The notes beneath the pieces are model-generated. The model saw nothing but the letters and a program-made list of their open reading frames with translations, was not told the origin of the DNA and ran no database searches. The position numbers and the translations under genes are program-made. A stretch of 34,512 bases of DNA, taken from a virus. Taxonomy: Duplodnaviria; Caudoviricetes. The DNA lies in the IMG/VR virus record IMGVR_UViG_3300012232_000033, positions 1 through 34,512 of that record. The stretch is one strand, 5' to 3'. Numbering within the stretch: position 1 is the stretch's first letter; the number at the start of each line of letters is the position of its first letter. Below, one piece after another: positions 26,468-34,512 of this stretch.

Positions 26468-26502
26468 AATAAAAGAGGTGGCCCGGTTTCCCGGACCACC
26501 TC
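26468..26502 (-). terminator. Intrinsic terminator after the major capsid gene
   Basis: Minus strand GAGGTGGTCCGG-GAAA-CCGGGCCACCTC-TTTTATT: 12-bp stem with one U-G pair, GNRA loop and U tract. Confidence 0.9.
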
Positions 26503-26514
26503 ACTAATTACTGA

Positions 26515-27765
26515 TTACAGGCTGTTGCAGCTTGTGGTTTCGCAGGCTTCGAGACCGAGGTCTGCTTTGCATCGCCGTGAAAGAATCGGGATGATGAACT
26601 GCGGATTGATCGGCTTGTAGGACCGGCTGATCTGATAGAAATGCTGCCCGAAGTCCTGGAAGACATTGCAGTCGTTATCCTTCAGATTGCTCCAGATAAG
26701 CTCGCCCATGTGAAGCTGGGGGGCGAACTTGAAGCTGCCTTCTCCAACGTAACTCTCGGGAACGAGGCGTTGGAAAGCGCCGGGGGCGATCAAGAAGGAG
26801 ACTTCCAGATCAGCGTCTACCCAGTTCGGGTTGTGCTTCGAATACGCCTCGTTGGAAGCGACATCCGAAACGTTCGTCCGGGGATTGAGCAGTTGGAGGT
26901 CGCCGTCCACGTCGAAACCGTCCGTGCTGCGAAGCGGGGTCTGGTCGTAACCAAACGCGACTCCGCGGTAGGCGGGACTATGCTCGAAAGCGTAGCCGGT
27001 AAGGGCCCTCTCACCGAAGTTGTAGGAACCATTAACCAGGGAGATGATGGGCGAAGCCGCACCGTTCGAAAGTTCCTCGCGGAAGCGATTAAGCATTTCG
27101 CGGGAGCCCATGAACTTAAAGTGCTCCTGGCCCTTGCCTTCGGCGGGATACTGCTCCGCCCAGAGGACTTCCTTAAGGTGTGTGGCAAGGTACTCCACTG
27201 CCTTGAAGGTCAGCGGGACGATATCCTCACCGGGCACCTGAGCGAACTGCTCGTCGATGTCGGTAATCTCGCCGCCCGTGAAAAGGTCTTCGAAACAATA
27301 GCCCGCACCGGCCACGAACTTAGAAGCCGACCGCAGATACGACTGTGCCCGAATATCGGCGTTGATGTATTGCGTGATGGTTTTCTTGAGCGAATTTTCG
27401 GCCGCGATGTACGAGGATTTGTAGGCCGAATAGCCCTTTTTGGTACACACACGAGGACCATGACCACGCTTTGACTCAAGCGTGTAGGTCTGTTCAACGT
27501 TGTCAGTCTTGTCCTGAAGCCCGACAGTACCGCAGATCTCTAAGTCTGCGACAAAGGTGGGAATGGCCTGGCTATCGCCGGGGGCAGCGGGAAGCTGCGT
27601 AATAGTCACCTGGGTATCGGAAACGCCGGCCGGAAAAGTTCCGCCATCGTAAATATTGACCCAAGCTGAATTTGCGGCCATACATTTGGCCACGGTGCCT
27701 TGGATACGGTTGGTGTCTTTGACAGAAATGTCTGAAAGCTGGCTAGGTGTAATACAGTCACCCAT
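26515..27765 (-). CDS. Major capsid protein
   Basis: 416 aa, downstream of portal and scaffold, strong TAGGAG RBS, followed by a terminator. Assigned by size and synteny. Confidence 0.8.
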   Translation of the reverse strand: MGDCITPSQLSDISVKDTNRIQGTVAKCMAANSAWVNIYDGGTFPAGVSDTQVTITQLPAAPGDSQAIPTFVADLEICGTVGLQDKTDNVEQTYTLESKRGHGPRVCTKKGYSAYKSSYIAAENSLKKTITQYINADIRAQSYLRSASKFVAGAGYCFEDLFTGGEITDIDEQFAQVPGEDIVPLTFKAVEYLATHLKEVLWAEQYPAEGKGQEHFKFMGSREMLNRFREELSNGAASPIISLVNGSYNFGERALTGYAFEHSPAYRGVAFGYDQTPLRSTDGFDVDGDLQLLNPRTNVSDVASNEAYSKHNPNWVDADLEVSFLIAPGAFQRLVPESYVGEGSFKFAPQLHMGELIWSNLKDNDCNVFQDFGQHFYQISRSYKPINPQFIIPILSRRCKADLGLEACETTSCNSL

Positions 27766-27781
27766 AGAAAAATCTCCTAAA

Positions 27782-27889
27782 ACTGGAATTGAACGCGCTC
27801 CCCGCGTCCACGGGACGGAATTGCTCCGTAACTTTCCAGTCAGGCCAGCGACCGAAGATTAGGCCGGTTCTCGTCTAGGGCGAGACGAG
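27782..27889 (-). promoter_or_regulatory. Structured 5' leader of the capsid mRNA (three-way junction plus upstream hairpin)
   Basis: Closing stem ACTGGAA/TTCCAGT (27834-27840 with 27782-27788) encloses hairpins ACGGAG-CAA-TTCCGT and GGACGCG-GGGAG-CGCGTTC. A further hairpin CTCGTCT/AGACGAG lies at 27870-27889. Confidence 0.6.
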
Positions 27890-27908
27890 CAAGATTTTGC
27901 CCTTTACT

Positions 27909-27925
27909 TACTATCGTGACGGCGA
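27909..27925 (-). promoter_or_regulatory. Candidate late-promoter motif TCGC-N5-CGATAGTA
   Basis: Shared with the intergenic region upstream of the portal. Confidence 0.45.
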
Positions 27926-27941
27926 AGGAAATCGCCTAAAA

Positions 27942-28220
27942 CTATTTTTGCATGCGCCGCCAGTTATCCTCCCATAGGACATCCCGGAGCACCTTAGTAG
28001 CGGTTCGGACGTGGTTCTCTGACCACTCAGGGCATATGAAATGAAGCGTTTCATGAACAAGTGTGTCGAGGCGCTGCCAGGAGTGAGCATTCTTCTTCGG
28101 GTCTATCTCGATGATCCCCTTGTGCTTCCAGCAGAGACCAAAACAGCCTTGCTTACGCTTTCCGGCCTCGATATGCCAGCAGCGTCGTAGACTCCTCTCC
28201 CGGACTCGGGGCTTCTTCAC
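27942..28220 (-). CDS. Small HExxH zincin-like metallopeptidase
   Basis: GTG 28220 (GTGA overlap). FGLCW...IEIDP...RLDTLVHETLH...WSENHV. Confidence 0.75.
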   Translation of the reverse strand: MKKPRVRERSLRRCWHIEAGKRKQGCFGLCWKHKGIIEIDPKKNAHSWQRLDTLVHETLHFICPEWSENHVRTATKVLRDVLWEDNWRRMQK

Positions 28221-28921
28221 AACAATTTTTTTCTGGCTAACTTCCTTGCTGAATCGTCCTTTACTCCGTGCAAAAATGAACAGCCTTCCGACACAAACCG
28301 GTCCCAAGTAGCTTCGTCCATGCCCGGCATGTTCCAGACCGAGCGGATCTTCTTCGTATCCGCCGCGCCTCGTGCTTCCATCAGGGGGAATAGGTAAGTA
28401 TCCCAGCCTTCCCTTGTCGGGCAGTTAAGCTGGGGGCGGAGCCATTTCAGGAACTCCGAGTCCCCGTTGAAAAGCATATTTCCGTTATAATGAAATTTCG
28501 GTGTGTAGTGGAACGATCCGACGAAATCCCGCTTCTGCGAGTCCATCTCGGCGAGAAGATCCGCTATCCATGTTTTAGAAAGCGGGCAATCATCGCTTTC
28601 CATCATGAGAATAGCCCGATACTCGGGGGACTTTTCGAGGTGGGTGTTGTCAATGGCCCAACGCAGGGAAGTGAAGAACAGGTTATTGCATCCGGCAGGC
28701 CAGCCCGTCGCCTTACGGTGGGACGTATAAGTACTGGTGTTAAACTTGCGAGCAACATATGAAACGGTTTCCTTATCGTGTAGTGTGTCGAAGCGTGCGC
28801 AGAATGCGAAGTCTGCCTGGTCGGAGTGCCGGGGTTCGATATCCGCGATCAACCGCGCCAAATCCATAGCGGCGGTTTGGTCTTTTTTGTAGAACTGGAG
28901 AAGCAGAAGGAGCTTCTTCAC
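28217..28921 (-). CDS. Putative GT-A-fold glycosyltransferase
   Basis: GTG 28921 overlaps the upstream stop. GWPAGCNNLF, ILMMESDDCPL (ExD), FVGS, HYNGNMLF, GWDTYL, FLHGVK. Confidence 0.6.
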   Translation of the reverse strand: MKKLLLLLQFYKKDQTAAMDLARLIADIEPRHSDQADFAFCARFDTLHDKETVSYVARKFNTSTYTSHRKATGWPAGCNNLFFTSLRWAIDNTHLEKSPEYRAILMMESDDCPLSKTWIADLLAEMDSQKRDFVGSFHYTPKFHYNGNMLFNGDSEFLKWLRPQLNCPTREGWDTYLFPLMEARGAADTKKIRSVWNMPGMDEATWDRFVSEGCSFLHGVKDDSARKLARKKLL

Positions 28922-29907
28922 ATCATCTTGGGCTTGCTCGTCCCGTACACAGCGCCGCCAACGTGGGCAGCGAGAATGGCACAATCGACGTGTGGCTGGT
29001 GACCGACTTGGGCAGCACGGACACAGAGCTGGACATCTTCTCCCATTCCTAATTTTGAGTTCCTGTCGGACGCAGCCTTGCCAGCCTTCAGGGCTTCAAT
29101 AGCGGCTGCGGTGTTTCCGCCGTCGAGTGCCTGAAGCGCCTCGCTGGTTTTCAAAACCGTGTCGTGTTCGCTCGAACTCCACCACTGACCCTTTAGGTGC
29201 GGGAACTTCGTAACGATGTCCTCGAAAACTTTTCGGTGAATAAGCGTGCATCCCGCAGCGACCCACTTGGTTGGCTTCACCTTGTCGTGAGGGCCAGAGC
29301 GAATCCACTTCTCCTCGCCGGGGTCGTGGAAGGCTTCGCTATACAATGGCTTTCCTCCACCTGGCGCGCGACCGTAATACACCCCGCCGATCAAACTCTT
29401 GTTGTGCGAGAGAAGCCGATTGATGGTGTGGATGCCGGCGAATTTATCTCCGAGGGCGAAGCCGGAGGTTCTGTTGAACCAGCCCGCGTTACCAATGGGC
29501 GGAATAATATCTGAGTCCATCCAGAAGGACCACTCAGCCTCGCTGTCCAAGAACTGCGCGGTTAGTGCATTCCTTGAATGTGCAACAAAAGCGTCCCCAC
29601 ACTGCATGAAACACCGCATCTTGTTCCGGTCGAACAGGGCGAGAAGTGCGAACATAGCAAGCGGGTGGAACTCCCGGTAGACAGGAAGACATACCGCGAC
29701 TTGCCGGCCTTCCCAGTTCGCTTCAACCGGTTTGGTCTCGACGAACTGTGTGGGATCAAAGCACCGCTCGACAGCATTAAGGCTTATGACCTTTGAACCA
29801 TCGCGCCATTGCTTCGCGCGCAGGGGGGAGACATCGAAGAAGAGCGCTGCCTCTTCGGGACCGAGTTCTGAGACTTTAGCGCGAACTAAATCCTGGAGAA
29901 CAGACAT
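28918..29907 (-). CDS. GT2-like glycosyltransferase with N-terminal HTH-like domain
   Basis: ATG 29907 (TGATG overlap). N-terminal EEAALFFDVSPLRAKQWRDG; then VAVCLPVY, HSRNAL, FWMDSDI (DxD), IGGVY, AAGCTLIHRKVFE, GEDVQLC, AHVG. Confidence 0.8.
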   Translation of the reverse strand: MSVLQDLVRAKVSELGPEEAALFFDVSPLRAKQWRDGSKVISLNAVERCFDPTQFVETKPVEANWEGRQVAVCLPVYREFHPLAMFALLALFDRNKMRCFMQCGDAFVAHSRNALTAQFLDSEAEWSFWMDSDIIPPIGNAGWFNRTSGFALGDKFAGIHTINRLLSHNKSLIGGVYYGRAPGGGKPLYSEAFHDPGEEKWIRSGPHDKVKPTKWVAAGCTLIHRKVFEDIVTKFPHLKGQWWSSSEHDTVLKTSEALQALDGGNTAAAIEALKAGKAASDRNSKLGMGEDVQLCVRAAQVGHQPHVDCAILAAHVGGAVYGTSKPKMM

Positions 29908-31187
29908 CAATCATTCCCGAGTTGATTCTTCAAGTTATCGAGTGCTGATTCCGCCGACTCAAAAATGTTCTGCTTCGGCGGTGTCGGCTTCTGCGGTGCG
30001 GAAGACGGATTCTTACCAGCCCCCGAGGACTTCTTAATCTTGTCAAGCTGGGCTTGAAGCTGTGTGCCTTTTTCCTGCTCCGCCTTCAACTGCGCCGACA
30101 ACGCATTAACCTCCGCACGGAACTTGTAGGCCAGTGCGGTGCCGATGACCATTTCAGCCCGTACCTCTGGTGAGTCCTCCGCAGATAGAGATTTGATCCG
30201 GTCCTGCGTCTCAGTAGCGAACTGATTCGCCGCTTCGACTGCGGCCTTCTGCTCAGGTGTAGCGTTCGCTGGAACTTGCTGCGGACTTGCCCACGACAAC
30301 TCCGGTCGGGATAGCAGCGACTTGACCGTCGTGTCCAACTTGACGGAAAAATCCTTCTGTGCCGTCACTGCCTTGCTCGCGCGCTCCTGGACGAAGGCTG
30401 AGACGTTCTCCTTCGCCTTGTTCAACGCCTCGCGCTTTGAATCGGCGAGCGTCTCGTTTTCAACCAAACGCGACTCGACGTAGCGTACAACATGCGCCGG
30501 GAGAACCTTGGCGATTCCGGCCCAGTCCACATCGGCCGACGCAGGACCGCCGAGGGATTTCATCTCGGAGACTTGCTTCTCGCTAAGCCCCGCTTCCTTT
30601 AGCTTCAGGTAAATGTTCTCGGTGTTGCGTTCCTGCCTCGTGTCAAACTCTTTGAACGACGGGTCGTTTTCCACGTCGAGCTTGTCGCGCCAGGATTTCA
30701 GTTCATCGTTTTCTCTCTGGAGATTGGTAACCTTCTCGCCGTCGCCCTGCTTAGCGGCGTCTAAGGCCTTCTGCAACTCCGCTTTCTCGGCGTCCCATTG
30801 GGACTTGTTTTGCCGAGCCAGCATCTTTACATTCGCGAACTGTTCGGTCGTGGCCGGACGGGCATGGGGAGAAAGCTGAAACTTTTTGAATTCGTCATCG
30901 GGCTCGGCGGCAGGAGCCGGCTTTTCGACCGGCTTGTCTTGCACCGGTTCCGCAGGTTTTTCCGGGGCCTCGTCCTCCTCCGCAGGCTTTTCCTCTTCAG
31001 CGGGCTTTTCCTCTTCAGCGGGCTTTTCCTCTTCTGCCGGCTGCTGAACAACCTCCTCCGGGGGTTCATCTTCTGTCTCCGCAGGCTTGGGCTGCTCCGC
31101 GACTAACCGGTCGAGAGCGGAACTCGCCTCGGCGTCATCGAGGACAGGGTTTGGAACAGCGGGAGTAATTTCTTTTGGTTCGGGCAT
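29907..31187 (-). CDS. Capsid scaffolding protein
   Basis: Start ATG 31187 (MPEPKEIT). Acidic P/E-rich N-terminus, long coiled coil, C-terminal helix SAESALDNLKNQL; between portal and capsid. Confidence 0.75.
   Translation of the reverse strand: MPEPKEITPAVPNPVLDDAEASSALDRLVAEQPKPAETEDEPPEEVVQQPAEEEKPAEEEKPAEEEKPAEEDEAPEKPAEPVQDKPVEKPAPAAEPDDEFKKFQLSPHARPATTEQFANVKMLARQNKSQWDAEKAELQKALDAAKQGDGEKVTNLQRENDELKSWRDKLDVENDPSFKEFDTRQERNTENIYLKLKEAGLSEKQVSEMKSLGGPASADVDWAGIAKVLPAHVVRYVESRLVENETLADSKREALNKAKENVSAFVQERASKAVTAQKDFSVKLDTTVKSLLSRPELSWASPQQVPANATPEQKAAVEAANQFATETQDRIKSLSAEDSPEVRAEMVIGTALAYKFRAEVNALSAQLKAEQEKGTQLQAQLDKIKKSSGAGKNPSSAPQKPTPPKQNIFESAESALDNLKNQLGND
30985..31037. repeat. 18-bp tandem repeat x3 encoding PAEEEK
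   Basis: ggcttttcctcttcagcg twice, plus ggcttttcctcttctgc. Confidence 0.9.
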
Positions 31188-31188
31188 A

Positions 31189-31488
31189 TTATTCGGGCTT
31201 AGGAGATTCTGGCCAGAGGTGGTCGATATCAATATCGGGGTAGTTATCTTCTAACGTCTGTGTGGGCTTCACGAGTTCGCAATAGGAAAACAGATTTTCC
31301 AGCGCGTCCTGGTAGCCTTCAATCGTTCCGCTATCGACCAGGCGGTCGAGACGATCTCCGTAATGCGGGCGATCAAAAAGGAGTTTGGCGACTAACCGTT
31401 TTCCGGTTTCGCCGTTTAAAAAGTCGAAAAGATTTTTCGAATCAACGCTGTCCCAGGAGGGCTCGTTGACCGTCGTACGGACAAACAT
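31189..31488 (-). CDS. Small post-portal protein (Bbp19-like position)
   Basis: 99 aa, LFDFLNGETGKRLV...IEGYQDAL; between portal and scaffold. Confidence 0.7.
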   Translation of the reverse strand: MFVRTTVNEPSWDSVDSKNLFDFLNGETGKRLVAKLLFDRPHYGDRLDRLVDSGTIEGYQDALENLFSYCELVKPTQTLEDNYPDIDIDHLWPESPKPE

Positions 31489-31509
31489 TATGTACTAAGC
31501 AGCTTGTGC

Positions 31510-33624
31510 TTAAGGAGGACCTTGTGGGCCGGGTACTGGTGCAGTCTGAGTTTGCTGTGCGGCCTGAAGGCCGGCTTGTGCAGCAATTTCCGGGGGTGCG
31601 CCCTGGGCAGTCGCTTCTGCAACAGCCTGCTCGTGCGCTTGTATGGCACGGAGCTGTTGTTCGACGATTGCGATCCAGGCTGCGTCACCGGAAAAATTCT
31701 CTCCGCCCTGTGCGACCTCGGTTTGGAGACCGCTTTGCACATGGAGCTTGGCGTGCCCGAGGTAGGCGGAAATAACAGGAAGCTGTTCGGGCGTGTCAGC
31801 GAGATTCGGGAGCGCGGCTTCGAGGGCTTGCTTGACCAGATCCAGATGAATCCGGTGTCCATCGCGCGGCGAGACCTCCGCGGGTTGCTGCGAGGACGCC
31901 ATAAGAACAAACTCCATCTTCTGAAGGCGGGCCTGCTCTGCAAGCATGGTCGGATCGGGATCGGGAAGTAAAACGCGCTTGGCGAAATCCGCATCGATCA
32001 ATGCCGTCAACTTTTCCTCCTCCATGACGCGCTGGTTGTAGAGCGGGTTGCCCTTTGACTCGGTCGCGATGAGAACGATCTGCTGGCGCTGAAGTTCGGA
32101 AAGATCCTTGATGACTTCGGCGGAGGGCATCTCAGCGAGCATTTTTAGCTCGTCCTTCGTCATCACCTTAAGGAGACGTTTGCGCATCTCCTTTGCATCA
32201 TCTTCTTCCACCTGCGGGCTGCACAGCTTGCGCTGGAGAGTGGATACGAACGAAGAAAACTGAGTAAGAAACCGAGCGATGCTCGCGTCCTTGCTTTCCT
32301 CTTCTCGGGAGGCGACGAGGTTTACCTGCGCGGCTGTGGGGCGTTCGCCCTGTAGCTGCATCCGGCGCGCGGAGACGTTGCCCGATATGTCGTCGAGCAG
32401 CCGACCCATGTATTCGTCGAGCTGGAGAAATTCTTCTACGCTGCCATCAATCTTGCTCTCGGAAACCGTGTAGTCTGAACCGATCAAAACTGCGTTACCG
32501 CGGACGTTAAGGCGGAAGCGAGGGATTTTCTTCTCGTCGCAGGCGAGCAGAATCTTACCGGCTAATGCCAGCCTGTCGACGACTTCATTGCGGCCACGAT
32601 CAACGATTCCCGCTATTGCGTAAACCTGCCGACCGATGCCCTTGCTGCCGTGCAGCGTCCCGTTGGCGAATTGAAAACTGAAGAAGGAAGCAACCTCACA
32701 GGTTTTGTCGAACTGCTCCTCCCGGTGGAGAAGCTTTAGGTTCTTGTCGACTGCTAGAACCCAATGCTCGACTTTTCCGGTCTCGGTTTCGACTGCGAAA
32801 AGATGGTCCAGTTGAACGGTCTTCGTACCCTGGACGAAAGAGGCTCCGACTCCGATTTCCCTGTTTAGGTCTTCCCACGCGCGCACGTCATCGGAGCTTC
32901 CGCTGCGGGACTTGTCGGGGGTGGAGTCATTCAGGACTTCGATGCAGTTCTTCAGATCCCAGCCGGCGTCCTTCGCCGCGTCCTTATCTTTTATGAGGTC
33001 GTAGAACTCGTGGAGGAGGAGTTTCTGCGTGAGGACTATAACCTGTGCGTAGTCACTGTTTTGCTTGGTTCCTTTGGGGACAAAAAAGGCGTCCTGCCGA
33101 AAATGCGTCGGACGCCACGAAAATTCATTTACCCAGCCTGCACAGGTGAACCCGAAAAGGGCATTCTCCTGGCAGACCTCTGATAGGAAATCCTTCCAGC
33201 CCGTCCAACTACGGATCGTGCTGGTAATCTCTCGCTGGAAAAGCTCGGACTTCTGTGCGGCCCCGTTTACGTGCTCGGGGAGCTTTGCATTGGTGAAGTA
33301 CTTCAGGGCCTGCACGGCCTGGGTGAAGCGCGGTGCTACACGGTCAATGAGGTTGGCGAGGGGCTGTGTGGAAAAATTGGACTTGTAGGAGAGGCCCTCC
33401 TGTTCCAGGAGTTCGGGTCGCCAGGGCCTTTCGGCCGCATATTTGGCAGTGATGCGAGCGTTCTTACTGTTCCGAGTCTGGTTTTCCAGCTTGAGCGTGC
33501 GGACCAACTCAATCGCCTGCTTCTCGTCCTTAATAGCCGGCGTCCGCGGCTTCAGGGTCGAGCCGTCGGGATTGATATTGGGACTATTAATTGTCCCGCT
33601 GAGAACAGATTGGTCGGACTTCAC
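31510..33624 (-). CDS. Portal protein
   Basis: 704 aa. GTLHGSKGIG, RPTAAQV and a Q/A/P-rich C-terminal tail, in the podovirus portal position. Confidence 0.8.
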   Translation of the reverse strand: MKSDQSVLSGTINSPNINPDGSTLKPRTPAIKDEKQAIELVRTLKLENQTRNSKNARITAKYAAERPWRPELLEQEGLSYKSNFSTQPLANLIDRVAPRFTQAVQALKYFTNAKLPEHVNGAAQKSELFQREITSTIRSWTGWKDFLSEVCQENALFGFTCAGWVNEFSWRPTHFRQDAFFVPKGTKQNSDYAQVIVLTQKLLLHEFYDLIKDKDAAKDAGWDLKNCIEVLNDSTPDKSRSGSSDDVRAWEDLNREIGVGASFVQGTKTVQLDHLFAVETETGKVEHWVLAVDKNLKLLHREEQFDKTCEVASFFSFQFANGTLHGSKGIGRQVYAIAGIVDRGRNEVVDRLALAGKILLACDEKKIPRFRLNVRGNAVLIGSDYTVSESKIDGSVEEFLQLDEYMGRLLDDISGNVSARRMQLQGERPTAAQVNLVASREEESKDASIARFLTQFSSFVSTLQRKLCSPQVEEDDAKEMRKRLLKVMTKDELKMLAEMPSAEVIKDLSELQRQQIVLIATESKGNPLYNQRVMEEEKLTALIDADFAKRVLLPDPDPTMLAEQARLQKMEFVLMASSQQPAEVSPRDGHRIHLDLVKQALEAALPNLADTPEQLPVISAYLGHAKLHVQSGLQTEVAQGGENFSGDAAWIAIVEQQLRAIQAHEQAVAEATAQGAPPEIAAQAGLQAAQQTQTAPVPGPQGPP

Positions 33625-33663
33625 AAATTACAAAATGAAAAAGGGAAAACCCCGGTGTTTCTA

Positions 33664-33681
33664 TACTATCGCGTTCTGCGA
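33664..33681 (-). promoter_or_regulatory. Candidate late-promoter motif TCGC-N6-CGATAGTA
   Basis: In the 86-nt gap upstream of the portal; shared with the capsid upstream region. Confidence 0.45.
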
Positions 33682-33710
33682 GGCTAAAAACGCTAAGAAC
33701 CGAAGATTTT

Positions 33711-33935
33711 TTACCAACGCCCGAGCGGGCAAGTTTCCGTGCTCATACGGATCTTCAAACCGATGAAACAGGAGCACTCCAGGCATTGGCCGGAGTCGTA
33801 AGAGGGACAGGATTCGCAGACTAACCGCCGTACTGCGGCAGTGTCCTCATCGGCGAACACACTTTTTCCCGTTATAGCGGCTTTTACCGCGCGCGCGGCG
33901 GCTTTTGCAGCGGTTTTTGGGTTAGGAACCACCAT
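33711..33935 (-). CDS. Small Cys-rich protein (DUF6171-like)
   Basis: RRLVCESC...QCLECSCFI...CPLGRW, 6 Cys. Confidence 0.75.
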   Translation of the reverse strand: MVVPNPKTAAKAAARAVKAAITGKSVFADEDTAAVRRLVCESCPSYDSGQCLECSCFIGLKIRMSTETCPLGRW

Positions 33936-34494
33936 TTTTACTGTTTCTCCAGCAAAAATCGGGTAAAATCTCGTTTTCGACCAGTTTTTCGTTCAAATGC
34001 ACCGAAACACGGCAATCTTCAGCGAGGTGCTTGCACCCGCGGAGGTCCCCGAGCGGTTTTCCAGCTAAAATCTCAGACGCCGCTGCCTTTACGTTAACTG
34101 CGCATCCCTTACATCGAGATTCCCACTCGGTTTGGGCCTTACAGTCCCGGCAAATCGCACTCCTCCGGCTCGCTTCCGCCTCATCGACGAAAACTAGCGC
34201 CTTCCGACGCTCTACAACCCCGGTTACCCAGGCTAAGATACGGTGATTCAAGGCGACGGCGGGCTTGGCCGGCTTATCACCCTTCTTTTTTGGCCCGCGG
34301 CACTTGTCGGGCCGACGCGAGCAAAGGTAGTCGTAAACCTCCTGCTCGGGATCTCCCGCTGGAAGACGGTTGCGGGACCGGTAAGCCGTAAGCTTGACGA
34401 TCAGGTCTCCGAGATCCTTACCTCGGATTTCCAAGCCGTCGGCGGAGCGCCAAACCGGTTCGTGGAGTAGCTTGGGGTTAGGTTTAAGATTCAT
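33922..34494 (-). CDS. Cys-rich hypothetical protein related to the adjacent gene
   Basis: DEAEASRRSAICRDC...CKGC...GC...C...PDFCW, 9 Cys. Confidence 0.7.
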   Translation of the reverse strand: MNLKPNPKLLHEPVWRSADGLEIRGKDLGDLIVKLTAYRSRNRLPAGDPEQEVYDYLCSRRPDKCRGPKKKGDKPAKPAVALNHRILAWVTGVVERRKALVFVDEAEASRRSAICRDCKAQTEWESRCKGCAVNVKAAASEILAGKPLGDLRGCKHLAEDCRVSVHLNEKLVENEILPDFCWRNSKNGGS

Positions 34495-34512
34495 GTCTCG
34501 CCAATCTCAACC

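Noticed and set aside
27782-27845. Capsid leader as a hammerhead ribozyme or tRNA
   Set aside because: It lacks a correctly placed CUGAnGA/GAAA core and lacks the tRNA T-loop and cloverleaf; kept only as an unclassified structure.
30985-31037. PAEEEK tandem repeat as a functional element
   Set aside because: Ordinary slippage in the disordered acidic N-terminus of the scaffold.
31488-31994. Alternative-frame ORF over the portal C-terminus, ending in TAATG at the next gene (possible frameshift product)
   Set aside because: Composition is typical of a shadow frame, I found no convincing slippery site, and the portal has its own normal Q/P-rich end.
1-34512. Stop-codon reassignment, introns, integrase or terminase
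   Set aside because: Genes tile the window under the standard code with TAA, TAG and TGA all used as stops. No split genes, integrase or terminase motifs were seen, so lifestyle and packaging mode cannot be determined from this window.

Overview
This window is the virion-morphogenesis arm of a tailed dsDNA phage with podovirus-like (P22/T7-type) gene order. Every credible gene is on the minus strand and most are coupled through TAATG/ATGA/GTGA overlaps. In transcription order (right to left): two Cys-rich proteins, portal, a small post-portal protein, scaffold, two glycosyltransferase-like genes plus an HExxH protein, a structured leader, major capsid protein and its terminator, a head-fibre-like gene, small membrane/lipoprotein genes, about 12 kb of fibre/lectin/lyase genes, adaptor, nozzle, beta-helix tailspike, collar fibre, GNAT-like protein, a free-standing HNH, and three ejection proteins (the last runs off the left edge and is missing from the ORF track). 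The most unusual element is a three-gene cassette (fibre, LamG lectin, heparinase-like lyase) inside the structural module whose products all carry Sec-type signal peptides, two of them with a strong Thr-Asn bias. Also notable: glycosyltransferases between scaffold and capsid, a three-way-junction RNA before the capsid RBS, a shared CGATAGTA motif upstream of portal and capsid, and Cys-tagged termini on structural proteins. All family calls come from motif recognition and synteny by eye; no searches were run. A Verrucomicrobiota host is a tentative inference.
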